Shown piece by piece: positions 26,546 to 39,548 of a stretch of DNA of 64,000 nucleotides. The DNA is from Eledone cirrhosa. Lineage: Eukaryota. The stretch is taken from the NCBI GenBank assembly GCA_964016885.1, contig CAXHJY010000102.1:19182-83181 (forward strand). The letters are read 5' to 3'. The notes beneath the pieces were generated by a model, which ran no database searches, had not been told where the DNA came from, and saw only the letters and a program-made list of their open reading frames with translations. Position 1 is the first letter of the stretch. Each line of letters opens with the position of its first letter. The translations under genes were made by a program, and so were the position numbers.

Positions 26546-27532
26546 TCATCATCATCAACGTTTAACGTCCGTGTTCCACGCTTGCATGGGTTTGGACGGG
26601 GGTAGTCCCACTTGAGGCAAGAGTGATTGTCTTGCTCGCATAGGACTGTCTGGCAGGTTTTCTACAGTTGGATGCCCTTCCTAACACCAACCACATTTAC
26701 AGTGTGGGTCTGGGAGGTTTTTACCGTGTTGCCTACACGGCCACATTTCAGCGTGGACTGTGTTTTTTTGTCGTGACACCTACACGATCTCATTTGTTTC
26801 GGCCTGGATGGTGTGGCACCAACATAACTTTACATAGAACGGGGTGGTGTGGATGGGGTGTGGGGGGGGGGGGGGGTATTTTGTTAGAGATGCCTACTGG
26901 CTGTAGTAGGTTTTACTATGTATTCAGGTAAGGCGGGTCTTCTCTATTACTGAGTACCGCCAAAGGTCTCGGTCCAGTGACATTGTCTTGGAGAGGTGTA
27001 AGTGTGTGAGGTCGGAGTTTATCAGCTCGTCCCAGGTTTTTCTAGGTCTGCCTATTCCGTGGCTACCGTCTATCTTTATTGCCCTGCACTTTGTTATACA
27101 GCTATCGACTTTCATGCGCATCACGTGTCCATACCAACGTAGCCTTCTCTCGAGTAAACAACATCTGATCCCTCTTATTTCTAATTTTTTCCTTAGTTCG
27201 TTTATGCTTTGCCGTTCACGTATATTACTGTTACACATCCAGCGGAGCATCAAGCTTCGTTCCTCTCTAGTCTGCGTATATCCTCTGCACACAATGCCCA
27301 GGTCTCACTGCCATGCAACATTGCTGTTCGTATGCAGGCATCATACAACCTGCCTTTCATTTTTAAAGAGAACCCTTTAGCGGCTAATAGTGGTATAAGC
27401 TCTCTGAACTTTTTCCAACCAGTTCTGACTCTAGCTACTGTACTTTCAGAGCACCCTCCCCCACTGCTGATTTTATCACCCAGGTAACGGAAGCTGCCCA
27501 CTATTTCTATAGAACCCTCTGCGCAATTGAAA
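26546..27532 (-). mobile_element. RTE-clade LINE, 5'-truncated copy A (ORF C-terminus, 3' UTR, (GAT)n tail)
   Basis: FRYLGDKISSGGG...RRLRWYGHVMR...GRPRKTW, stop at 26924. One-base frameshift near 27250; nearly identical to copy B; 5' junction joins (TA)n. Confidence 0.93.
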
Positions 27533-27661
27533 TATATATATACCAGGTGCATGCTTCAAACCCCTTTTTTTTTTATCATTTCCTTATTTTCCTTATATAA
27601 TGTAATCTGTATAGAATGTTTTCTAACGGCCACACTTTTCTTCACTATATATAAATATATA

Positions 27662-27990
27662 TCATCATTTTACGTCCGCTTTTTCCCTGCTTGCAAGGGT
27701 GGGATGGGAACTGATTCTGGCTTGATTTCTACAGCTGGATGCCCTTCCTAACATCAACCTCATTTACAGCGAGTGCTGGGTGCTTTTTTGCCGTGGCACC
27801 TCCACGACCACTTTACAGTGGAATTATATGGACCTTAGTCTCTATCATCTCATTTCTACAGCTGAGTAAACTGGAGCAATGTGAAATAAAGTGTCTTGCT
27901 CAAGGAAACAACACATCACCCGGTCTGAGAATTGAACTCACAACCTTTCGATTGCAAGGCCAATGCTCTAACCACTAAGCCAAGTGCCTC
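27662..27990 (-). mobile_element. tRNA-derived CORE SINE with RTE-type tail
   Basis: A box TGGCTTAGTGG and B box GAGTTCAATTC on minus strand, CORE-like ccttgagcaagacacttta, and a tail shared with the RTE LINE. Nearly the same as 56250-56636. Confidence 0.85.
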
Positions 27991-28229
27991 CATATATGTG
28001 TGTGTGCGTGGATAGAGAGCCGATTTACCACATTCTATTGCAAAGTATTGGAAATTGAATTTTCCAATAAATCCCATCAGACCTATGTAATAAATGTTAG
28101 GCCTTTAAAAGAGAAGTTGTTGTTCATGTGACTTATATATATATATATATATATATATCATCATCATCATCATCACCGTTTTACGTCCGTTCTTCCATGC
28201 TAGCATGGGTTATATATATATATATATCT

Positions 28230-28262
<33 letters not shown>

Positions 28263-30891
28263 GTTTAACGTCCGTGTTCCACGCTTGCATGGGTTTGGAC
28301 GGGAGTTTTCCCACTTGAGGCAAGAGTGATTGTCTTGCTCGCATAGGACTGTCTGGCGGGTTTTCTACAGCTGGATGCCCTTCCTAACACCAACCACATT
28401 TACAGTGTGGCGCTGGGAGGTTTTTACCGTGTTGCCTACACGGCCACATTACAGCGTGGACTGTGTTTTTTTGTCGTGACACCTACACGATCTCATTTGT
28501 TTCGGCCTGGATGTTGTGGCACCAACATAACTTTACATTGAAAGGGGGCGGTGTGGATGGGGGGGGGGGTGTATTTTGTTAGAGATGCCTACTGACTGTA
28601 GGTCTCGGTCCAGTGACATTGTCTTGGAGAGGTGTAAGCGTGTGAGGTTGGAATTTATCAGCTCGTCCCAGGTTTTTCTGGGTCTGCCTACTCCGTGGCT
28701 ACTGTCTATCTTTATTGCCCTGCACTTTGTTATACAGCTATCGACTTTCATGCGCATCACGTGTCCATACCAACGTAGCCTTCTCTCGAGTAAACAACAT
28801 CTGATCCCTCTTATTTCTAACTTTTTCCTTAGTTCGTTTATGCTTTGCCGTTCACATATATTACTATTACACATCCAGCGGAGCATGCAAGCTTCGTTCC
28901 TCTCTAGTCTGCGTATATCCTCTGCACACAATGCCCAGGTCTCACTGCCATGCAACATTGCTGTTCGTATGCAGGCATCATACAACCTGCCTTTCATTTT
29001 TAGGGAGAACCCTTTAGCGGCTAATAGTGGTATAAGCTCTCTGAACTTTTTCCATCCAGTTCTGACTCTAGCTACTGTACTTTCAGAGCACCCTCCCCCA
29101 CTGCTGATTTTGTCACCCAGGTAACGGAAGCTGTCCACTATTTCTATAGAACCCTCTGCGCAATTGAAAGAGCTAGTATTTTGTGGGCACTTGCTGCTAC
29201 TTATTGCACCAGAGCACCGGCCACATGTAAAATCTATGTTCTTAATTAGCTTACCTGTGATCCCACTACATCTTTTATGCACCCATACTTTGCATTTGGG
29301 ACATAAAATGGAGTTTCTACCTACGCCTTTCCTACACACTGAGCATGGCCATTTCCCGGAAGGGACCGGCACCTTATTTTCTTTCCTACAAACTAGAACT
29401 TTAGTCTTAGCCAGGTTAATTTTAAGGCCTTTTGATTCTAGGCCGTGCTTCCATGTTTGGAATTTCTTCTCTAGCTCAGCCACTGATTCAGCTATGAGCG
29501 TTAGATCATCTGCGTATAGGAGTTCCCATGGGCAGCTGGTCTTGAACTCCACTGTTATAGCCTGAAGGGCAATAATAAATAGTAGGGGGCTAAGAAGAGC
29601 CCTGATGTACACCAACTTTTACACTAAACTCTTCACTATATTCCTTGTTAATTCTAACCTTGCTGACTGTTTCTTTATACATGGCTTGTATAGCTCTCAC
29701 AAGCCATTCGTCAACACCTAGTTTTCTAAGAGCCCACCAAATAATGGAACGGGGGACTCTGTCGAAGGCTTTCTCCAAGTAAACAAAAGCTAAGTATAGG
29801 GGTTTACTTTTAGCTAGGTACTTCTCCTGTAGTTGTCGTACAATGAAAAGAGAGTCTGTGGTACTTTTGCCTGACACAAAACCGAACTGCATTTCATCTA
29901 GATCAATTCTCTCTCTGATTAGTTGCGCTATTACTTTTTCTGTGACCTTCATGACCTGGTCGATTAATTTAATGCCTCTATAGTTACTCCTATCTAGGGC
30001 ATCTCCTTTACCCTTGTAACAGTTAATGATGATGCTGCTACGCCAGTCCTTCGGAACAACCCCATTCTGTATGACTTGGTTTACTATCCGGGTGACCATG
30101 GTGTGTCCCACCATTCCAGGGACTTTCAGCATCTCAGCAACTATTTCCGAAGGCCCAGCCGCCTTACCCATCTTCATATCTTTGATTGCCTTACTTATTA
30201 TACTACCTTCAACTAACACTGCTGGACCCTCTATTGGATCGATCTGGGGGGAGACTATCCTTCTCCCATTTATTCTCCTCATTTAGTAGCCTCTCGTAGT
30301 GACACTTCCAAGCAACCTTCTTATCAGCGTCAGTGATGGCAAGTACGCCATCATCATTTAGTACACACTTCTCCCCAACAATATCACGGTTTTCCTTGAC
30401 ACATTGCCTAGCAATCCTGAACACCTCACGTTTTTGGTCCTCGTGTTGTAGAACATGCTTGAACTTTCTTTCCTCTGCTTCCCTTCTTGCGAAGTACACT
30501 TGTCTCCTAGCTTCCCTCCTGGCCACTTGATAGTCTTCTCTACTTCCCCCATCCCGCCATACTTTCCAGCCTTAATTGACTCCTCCACCTTACTGTTCCA
30601 CCACCATGTTACTCTCCTCCTACCTACAGGCCTGCTCCAGCCACAGACTTCGTCTGCCGCCGTCAGCAGGTTTGCTTTCAGGAATTCCCACTGTTCCTCT
30701 ATATTATACGACTAATTGCTCTTCCTTACTGTCGAAAGCATCAAGTAACATGCTTTGAAATTTATTTCTGGCTGTGGGGTCCTTTAGATTCCATATTTTT
30801 CTCCTGAGGATAGTCCTCTTCTGTTGTCTAGTACGTCTCGTCCTGACTATGAGGTCGCTAATTAGCAGTCTATGTTGGGAGGTGCATTCTT
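28230..30891 (-). mobile_element. RTE-clade LINE, 5'-truncated copy B (end of APE, RT, PHD-like finger, 3' UTR); frameshifted pseudogene
   Basis: EECTSQHRLLISDL (APE end), NYRGIKL, QFGF, LEKAFDRV, GVHQGS, LYADDL, FRYLG. Frameshifts near 30530, 30250 and 29600; ~75-bp deletion over the stop codon relative to copy A. Confidence 0.95.
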
Positions 30892-30984
30892 CATATATAT
30901 ATATAAATGAAAAGTATAGAAATTATTGTAGCAAGAAGCCAACAGTATTCCATAATATATAATATATATATATATATATGGAGG

Positions 30985-31015
<31 letters not shown>

Positions 31016-31078
31016 TATGGAATACTGTTGGCTTCTTGCTACAATAATTTCTATACTTTTCATTTATATATATATATG
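30892..31078. repeat. Perfect inverted repeat, ~65-bp arms, (TA)n spacer
   Basis: ataaatgaaaagtatagaaattattgtagcaagaagccaacagtattccataatatat and its exact reverse complement. Confidence 0.95.
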
Positions 31079-31414
31079 TGATGGTCCACCCGGTTCCTTA
31101 CCACACCTCCTTCATTATGTGTGTGTGTGTGGATAGAGAGAGAAAGAATATAATAAACATTGTTAAATTCTGAAGAGCCGATTTACCACGTTGCTATTGC
31201 AAAGTATTGGAAATTGAATTTTCCAATAAATCCCATCAGACCTATGTAATAAATGGGATTTATTGGAAAATTCAATTTCCAATACTTTGCAATAGCAACG
31301 TGGTAAATCGGCTCTTCAGAATTTAACAATGTTTATTATATTCTTTCTCTCTCTATCCACACACACACACACATAATGAAGGAGGTGTGGTAAGGAACCG
31401 GGTGGACCATCACA
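31077..31414. repeat. Near-perfect inverted repeat, ~160-bp arms, 16-nt spacer
   Basis: Arms 31077-31236 and 31253-31414 differ only in (GT)n length; each contains CTGAAGA-GCC. Confidence 0.95.
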
Positions 31415-31456
31415 CACCAGAGTACTCAATACTTAGGGTAGTAGAGTGGGAAATAG

Positions 31457-31542
31457 GAAAATGTTTGACCCCGACGACAGAGCTCAAGCCAGAAATAGCC
31501 GTCGAAACGGCTTGATCTCTGCCGTCGGGGTCAAACATTTTC
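31457..31542. repeat. Hairpin, ~34-bp arms
   Basis: gaaaatgtttgaccccgacgacagagctcaagcc / ggcttgatctctgccgtcggggtcaaacattttc. Confidence 0.9.
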
Positions 31543-32365
31543 TATATATATCATCGTTTAATGTCTAATTCCATGCTAGCATGGGTTAAACGGGTGTCCT
31601 ATTTACAGGCAAGTTGGGTTGGGTGTCCGTGTCTTGCTCATATAGGACTGTTTCTGGCTGGTTTTCTACGGCTGCCAACCACATTTACAGTGTGTGCGCT
31701 GGGTGCTTTTTGCCATGTCTTTTGCACGATATATATACACACACACACACATTCAAATCTTAAATGAGAGTAGAGATAGATATATAAGATTTAAATGCCA
31801 GACGTAAATGCAGGTTGTGGCTCAATGATCATTCATGCAATCCTAATAAGTGCTGCAATAGAAGTGAGGTTAGAGCTTATAAAGAGTTAGTGATGCATAT
31901 AGAAGATAAGCAAAGCGTTTATATTCAGAATTAAAAGGAGTCTCCGTAATTTACATGCTGAAAAATGTTTAGTTTTCATTTTAGCATATGTATTGTTTGG
32001 GAAAAGTGTTGTTCTAAAATGCTTCATATAAGTTTATTTTAAGCAATGTTCTTATTAAACTATGTTTGTTTATTCTGAGGAAGGTGTACAAATGTAAGTT
32101 TCAGAAACTTCTGATTAACAGTCAAATTCTGGCTATTTGATTTTGAGATTCCACTCTTAACATCTTAGCACTAGAAGCAATCGTAAGTGAATAAACTTGT
32201 TTAACCCTTTAGCATTCACATTATTTTATATATACTATTATATTTTCATGGTAAAGGCTTTACCTCACATAATATTGAATCTATGAGATTTTGAAAGTAT
32301 TTATTTTGAGAACAATAACTTAACATCAGTTTGAGCGATCAGTTACAGCCAGTTTCAACAGAAAG

Positions 32366-32505
<140 letters not shown>

Positions 32506-32613
32506 TAGTAATAATAATAAATGTGAAGCCGAAAATCCGAAGAGGGCTAGATAAGGATAATATATATATAAAAATAAGAGAGCATTGAAGTTTGCTTGAA
32601 GCATTGTGGAATA

Positions 32614-33130
32614 ATAAAATTGTTCGTTTTGGAAGCCTCAATAATGCAGATGGGTAAATCTCCGGGTAACAGAATCAGGTGGTGATGAGAGAGATGTAAG
32701 AGAAAATGTAGAGTGAGACGTATAGGGTGTAGAGGAACGTAGGAAAGAGTATAAAAATAATAACACGAGATAGAGTTACCTTGGAAGTGATTTAATTGTC
32801 CCTATATTTCGGATTTCGCATCCATCAACTGGGGGTTTTCCGATAGGGAAAGTTTTTAGTTGGAGAGGGACAACACGTGGCCTCTGTTGTCTGCCATTTG
32901 TGTACACAAACCCCCAGTTGATGGATGCGAAATCCGAAATATAGGGACAATTAAATCACTTCCAAGGTAACTATCTTGTGTTATCATTTTTACACTCTTT
33001 CCTACGTTCCTCTACACCCTATACATCTCACTCTACATTTCCTCTAACATCTCTCTCATCACCACGTGATTCTGTTACCCGGAGATTTACCGATCTGCAT
33101 TGTTGAGGCTTCCAAAACGACCAATTTTAT
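32614..33130. mobile_element. Inverted repeat with ~225-bp arms and ~70-nt spacer; probable Penelope inverted pLTR remnant
   Basis: Arms 32614-32838 and 32908-33130 with scattered mismatches. Each has a degenerate minimal HHR ccc-CAGTTGA-tggat-gcgaa-atcc-GAAA-TATA-ggg at the inner end. Confidence 0.75.
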
Positions 33131-34290
33131 ATATATAAAAACCGTAGAGCAAATATTTATTAAAATAACAGATTAAAGTTTAAGCAAAAAATTGCTGCTT
33201 TCACCCTTAACACATCATCATCCTCATCACTGTTTAACATCCATGTTTCCACGCAGGCATGGTTTAGAGGAGTTATCCTGATGTGAGCAATACCTGGTCA
33301 GGTGACCATGTCTTGTTCATATAGAACCGATTTGGGCTTGGTTTCTACAGCTGGATGCCCTTCCTCACACCAACACACACACATGCACATGCTAACACAT
33401 ACAAATGCTTTAGGGTTTCAAAAGCATTCTACACTCATTTATGATTTTGAAATTAGCATTATCATACGAGATGGTGACAAACTATTTGATGCAGCTATGG
33501 GCTCACATTATAGGCTGAGGTTTGTTAGCTGCTAGGATTATGTATGTCAGCCTCTCTCTGGAAGAATTTCAACCTTATAGGTTTGGGCTTTAAGGGATGA
33601 TGGCCTGTTAATTTTCAGCCATATGAACTCCCATCAACTAAAAAGAACTTATTAATACATTCAAAGAATCTCATTTAAGAATTCCAATTACTACCGATAT
33701 CAATCTAGTCAACATTTTAGATACCATGTTAAATCTAAGAAGAGGTAAAAATTACTTCTGTAAGAAGCCAAATGAGAATTTTGTATATATTAATAAATCC
33801 TCCAGCTACCTCCACTCCTTAGTCTTAAATAATCTATTAAATAACATCAGTTACCACTCTTTAGCATCTCAAAGGAAGTTCTCATTGTGCAGCACTCCAT
33901 TATTGAAAGAGAATGGATTGTTCAAAATAATACAGTATGGATTGCAAAATTAAAACAGCAACATGCAATATTATCTGATTTAAACCTCCTTTCGGCCTGA
34001 GTGTAGCATCCAATATTAAACAAACTTTTTCTGAAACCTGGTTGTAGGCACCACAAAATATTTACAAGGGACATTTTGAAAGTTAGCTACAGCTATAAGA
34101 ATTTGATTTCCAACATCAACAAAACAAAAATTACAGAAGCTATAATGAAAATATCCCATCAGTTAATGTAACCCAGTGTAATTGTGCCAACATTGACTTA
34201 TACTCCCTTGGCAGTAAACATCTTAGGAAGGGTTTGGCATACTCTGCCAAAGTGAAGTTGGCAGATGAGAATGTATGTACCTTTTTATGC

Positions 34291-34502
34291 TTAACCCTTT
34301 AGCATTTACATTTCTTTAAATATACTTTTGTATTTTCTATGGTAATTATCTTACATAATATCGAATCTATGAGATTTTGATGTTATTTATTTTGAGAACA
34401 ATACCTTAACATAAGTATGAGTGGCCGGTTACAGCCGTTTTGAACAGAAAGAGTTGAGAGAATTCTGGCCTGATATAGCCAGTTTAAATACTAAAGGGTT
34501 AA
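34291..34502. mobile_element. Family-A TTAA MITE
   Basis: TTAA|CCCTTTAGCATTTA...TAAATACTAAAGGG|TTAA. A partial copy at 32201-32368 is interrupted by a microsatellite. Confidence 0.85.
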
Positions 34503-36172
34503 TGGAACATACATTTAAAGGCAGATGTAAACAGTATATATTCTTTTAAACATTCAGGAAGAACAAACACCACCTACTTGTTGCAACACCTTTTGGAACT
34601 AAACGATAAAGGTGGTACAAATGTTAAAACACTGTGGTCAATGGTAGAATTTACTAAATTATATCCTGGTGCTATGTATTTTACCAGTGAGAAATTTTCA
34701 TCTTGAAACCTTCTGCCCGCTTACAGAATTGAAATGAGTTAGTCTTTAAATGTCGTCACAAAATAAGTTTATCTTAAGAAATTTTATCGTTTCAGGCTGA
34801 ACACACCAACTTTTTAAGTGGAATTTCTTTAAAATTCCTTTTTCTGGAAGGGGAGAGGGCGTTCTTTTATCCCTTTTGTTAATTCATTGGAGTTATATAA
34901 CTCAAATTTGGTATCAAACCCTTCCTAATAGCTAAATATTTGGCAGAAGGCTGAAAATTATTAGTAAACTGCCATGTCTTTACTTGGCTTTTCTGAATAT
35001 TAGCAATAATGACTTGATGAGTTTGTCTTCAGAATCTTGTGAACATTTCTATTTCACTTTATTTAAATTAAATACGGAACATTTTCACTTTAACTTAGTG
35101 AACAATTGCATTTTGCTTTATTTTCTTATTATTATTTTATTCCATTATATATATTTATTTAAGCACCACTACTCTATACTGTAATTGTACTGCTCTTCCA
35201 GTTTTACTATTTACCTTTCTTTCCTCCACCTCTATTACCATAACTTCCCATTTTTACTGGAATTTGTCTATTTTTGCACTCCTTTGAAAAACATACATTC
35301 TTCTTCCCCCACCTCTCCTCTCTTTACTTTCCCTTTCTATTTCACCCCCCCCCCCCATGTATCTTCAATAACCTATATTTCTCTTTCTTTCTCTCCAATT
35401 AACCTCACACCATCATTAGAGATTATGTTCCTCTCTATTTGACAGACACCCTTTTCCATACTTCTCTTTGACAGACTCTTCCATACTTCTCTTTGATAAA
35501 CATATCTCTCTAGTGCCTTGCACCTCTCCCTCCATATACTTTTTCTTTCTGCTCTAGTTCTCTCTCACTACTCTCAGTTATATAGCCACAGTACCTTAAT
35601 CTTTCTTTTCACTTTCTGACTCCCTCCCTAATAAACATAGGCTTGCAATGCAAAACTTATTGAATCAATTATGATACACTCTGATAAAATAGCTGTTTTA
35701 CCATCTCTCTTTCTCTCTCTCAGTATATTTATGTACTGTTTATCTAATACAAATACTTATATTTGTTTATTCTTTCTCTTCTGTGTCACCCCTCTTCCTT
35801 CTGTCCCCTTCTGTTTCTGTCTCCCAGCCCTCTCTTAAACACACACACACACACACCTCCTGTTTTTAATCTATCTTTTACTTATATAGACATACCATGC
35901 ACAACCATCATATTTCTATTTATATTTAAATAGAATCCTTGACCAAATTATTTATAGTTAGAACAGCCTTTAATTTAAAAGACAGATTTGGGGGGAATAA
36001 GTAACACCAAACAATGGTGAAAAATCTGTTTCACTTTGTTTTTTTCAACTTTAGTTTAAATATTGAGTACTTTTTCCATGTTTATCACACACAGACACAC
36101 CTATGTGTGTGTTTTATATAGGTGTGTTTAAGAGAGGGCTGGGAACACACACACACAAGCGTGCGTGCGTGC

Positions 36173-36224
<52 letters not shown>

Positions 36225-36228
<4 letters not shown>

Positions 36229-37060
36229 AATACAGAAAGGGGGTAGATAAACATTTTATAAGGTGTACAAGGACGCACAAGGAGTGGAGTGGGATCACCT
36301 GCAAGCTAACAGAGAAGGTAGGCAGACATATATGGCATGGCAGATGCACAGCAGGAGTAAGCACTAAAAGTATGCTTGAAATAGATACTTTCAAATGCCA
36401 GGAAAGTCCCCTTAGAAGTTGATAGGTTTTGTTGTTGATTTTTTTTAAATTATTTTTTTTACCTAGGTGACTAATTAGCGGTGGGGATGGGTGCTCTGAA
36501 AGCATAGTAGCCAGAGTAAAAATGGAGAGGAAAAAATTGAAGGTTTTACATTTACTGGTTATAAAGAATTTTCTCCTTCAGAGGCAAAAGCAACTGTAGG
36601 GTACTAGAGTACAAAATGTGATGCTGTATGATAGCAAGATGTGAGCCTTAAATGAAGATTTGTGAAGGCTAGAAAGAAATGAAACAGGCACACTCCAAGG
36701 GATCTGTAATGTTAGTGTACATGGAGGACGACACACAAATGAGCTGAGAGAGAACTGGATATAAAAGGAATTAGATGTAGTGTGAAAGAGAGAAAACTGT
36801 ACAGATACAAAAAAAATGATGAGTATGGTGGATATATGATAGCTCAATAAAGAAGTACAAGGCACACAAAGTGAATGGAACCTGTGAAAGAAGAAGGCCA
36901 CATAAGATATATGACAATGCACTAAAGCCTGATCTCAGAATGCTGGATTTCAGAAAGGAAATTACAAAGAACTATTATGATTGGTGACACATGATACTGG
37001 GAAAGACCTGCCAACATGTACAATTATGGCAAAGCAAACATTAAGCTGATGATAGCGATG
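36225..37060 (+). mobile_element. Old degenerate RTE LINE 3' part
   Basis: Remnants RKGVDKHFIRCT..HK..SGIT.KL, GGDGCSESIVARV and RLERNE; homologous to copy B. Confidence 0.75.
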
Positions 37061-37106
37061 GAAACTGAATTGTAACTATATTTGTGTCTCTTACCCAATA
37101 TGTCTC

Positions 37107-37335
37107 TTAACCCTTTAGCATTTAAACCGGCTGTATCTGGCCAGAATTCTCTCACCTCTTTCTGTTCAAATCAGCTGTAACCAGCCACTCATACTGATGT
37201 TAAGGTATTGTTCTCAAAATAAATAATATCAAAATCTCATAGATTTTATATTATGTTAGATAATTATGTGAGGTAAATCCTTTGCCAATAAAATATAATA
37301 GTAAATATAGAGTAATGTAAATGCTAAAGAGTTAA
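37107..37335. mobile_element. Family-A TTAA MITE
   Basis: TTAA|CCCTTTAGCATTTAAACCGG...AAATGCTAAAGAG|TTAA. Confidence 0.85.
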
Positions 37336-38907
37336 ACATCTCCATCTGCTGCTTCCACTACCTCTGATACTCTCTCATCTCTCTATTACTCACTCTCCTA
37401 TTCACAATGTCAAATTGCTTGTATAATAAGGGATGACATCGAATCTGTCTGACATTCTCATCTCTCTAACAATCACCCACTTTGTCACCTGTGCACTGAA
37501 GGATGGCATTGGACTTCTATGTATGCAATCTCTTCTCACTAACTTTATTACTTCTCTCTTCTATCACAACATTTATGTATGAGGAACTGCATCTGATTTG
37601 TTTGTGCTTGATACACAATACCATCACCTTTTCTGAAATGCCAGCCATCATTCCCTCTCCCCCAAAACACTTAATATCCACCACTCACTGTTATGTCTCT
37701 CTCACAACACAAATATGTAGTTGAGACCACTGTCTCACTTCTATTCCTTCCACACTCCAAACACAGTTTCTCCCATCATGCCCCCACCCCCATTTCATTC
37801 ACCTCCTCACATCCACGACATACCTTCTCCCTCTTTCCCTCCCCCACATGCCATACACCCATGACATCAAAGTTGTTCTTCCTTTCCATTTATCATCACT
37901 CATCCATAATATACTTATCCTTCTTACCTCCCTCATGCTATTGCAACCCTACAACTACCCCATAGTTTGTGATGACCCATCCAACTCTTGTTAGTAGGTA
38001 AAACCTATGTTAAATGATGTGCACCACAAAACAAAAACAAGATGGAGTAAAAGTTTAAGACCAGAAAGAAGAGCAGGCACAAAACAGATAGTCATTGAGG
38101 AGATCACAGAATGTGTGATGAAAGAACTTTGACAAACAAATAAATAACAATTAATAAAGATAAAGTGTATATAGTACCTGTGTTTTTTTCTACTGGCAAT
38201 ATGACCATCCCCAAATATAACAATACCAGGCCTGATTGGGAACTTTATAATTTTGATTCTGCAAAAACACTATGCATGTTTCAATGGCCCAGCTTCATCA
38301 TCCGAATATGATGCAAGACCCAGACAATTTCATCATCAGTTGTTAATTGCAGAATAGGTTATATAAGAGAACAGGATTTTGGCAAACTCAAATAGAAAAT
38401 ATAGGACCGATTTGATTGGGGGGGAAGGGGGGGGGGGGGGGCAAATTCTGTGTCATTGTAATGGCAGGTCATCCCTGTATGTCACACAGGCCAAGCATTA
38501 TGGGTTAGTAGGTGTGAGGGAGGGGGTGGGGGTTGATAAGTGGTGGCAGAACTTCTACTATTCTTAGAAAATGCCTTTCATTAATCACACCCATGTCTAC
38601 CACTACTACAAAAGGTCAATGGGTATTAAACTCTATGTCAGTAGACACTAGCAGAAAGCCAGTGTAGCATGACAGTTAAGAAAAGATAAATTGTGCATAA
38701 GTGGGTTTGTGCGTACTTGTGTGTGTGTGCAGATATACACATATATGTGTGTATATGTATGCCCACACACACGTGTAGATATGTATATGTGCTTGTGTAT
38801 GGATGTTGTGCATGTGAGTGTGTCTATGTGTATACACATTTTAAAAAAAAGGATAGTTTTTCAAGAGTGATTTCACTGGAATTATCACCACAGCTGGTGA
38901 TAAACTT

Positions 38908-39018
38908 TCAAATCCCGTCGAGGTTAACTTTGCCTTTCATCCTTACGGGGTCGATAAAATAAAGTACCAGTAATGTACTGGGTAATTGCTGGCCTTGTGC
39001 CTAAAGTAGAAACAATTA
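38908..39018 (+). mobile_element. Deu/Nin-domain SINE (head truncated)
   Basis: tcaaatcccgtcgaggttaactttgcctttcatccttacggggtcgataaaataaagtaccag. Further copies at ~13660, 21920, 42105, 43884 and 47150. Confidence 0.8.
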
Positions 39019-39505
39019 TGCCTTGAACTATATACCTATATATGTACACGCATACATACTTATATATATATAAACATGTATCATCATCATTTTTATGTCT
39101 GTCTTTCTGTGAGTCGGCCAAGTTCCCTTTCTGGAGGGATCACCAAATATCCTGCTTGACACCAACCCATACCATATCTTAAGTATGGTATATATGGCTG
39201 ATGTCAGTGGAATCTGAACCCACTACACTATTGGACATATTGTTTATGGAGAACAGTAATACCTGCCGCTGAAGGCTTTTTATAAACGGTGTCCATATGA
39301 CATTTACAGTGAATGGCATATACACCACATACATTTAAGTGTGTGTGCACACACGCACATGCATATGCCATTCACTGATATATATATATATATATATATA
39401 TCAAGTAAGAATATTTTCTAAACACCGAGTTGGTTTGAAATTATTAGAAATGTAAGCTTTCGCTGTATTTTGACTAAAGAAATTACGGCGATAGCTTACA
39501 TTTCT

Positions 39506-39548
<43 letters not shown>

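Noticed and set aside
28533-30588. RTE ORFs as an active retrotransposon or host gene
   Set aside because: 5'-truncated within APE, at least three frameshifts, and the stop-codon region is deleted.
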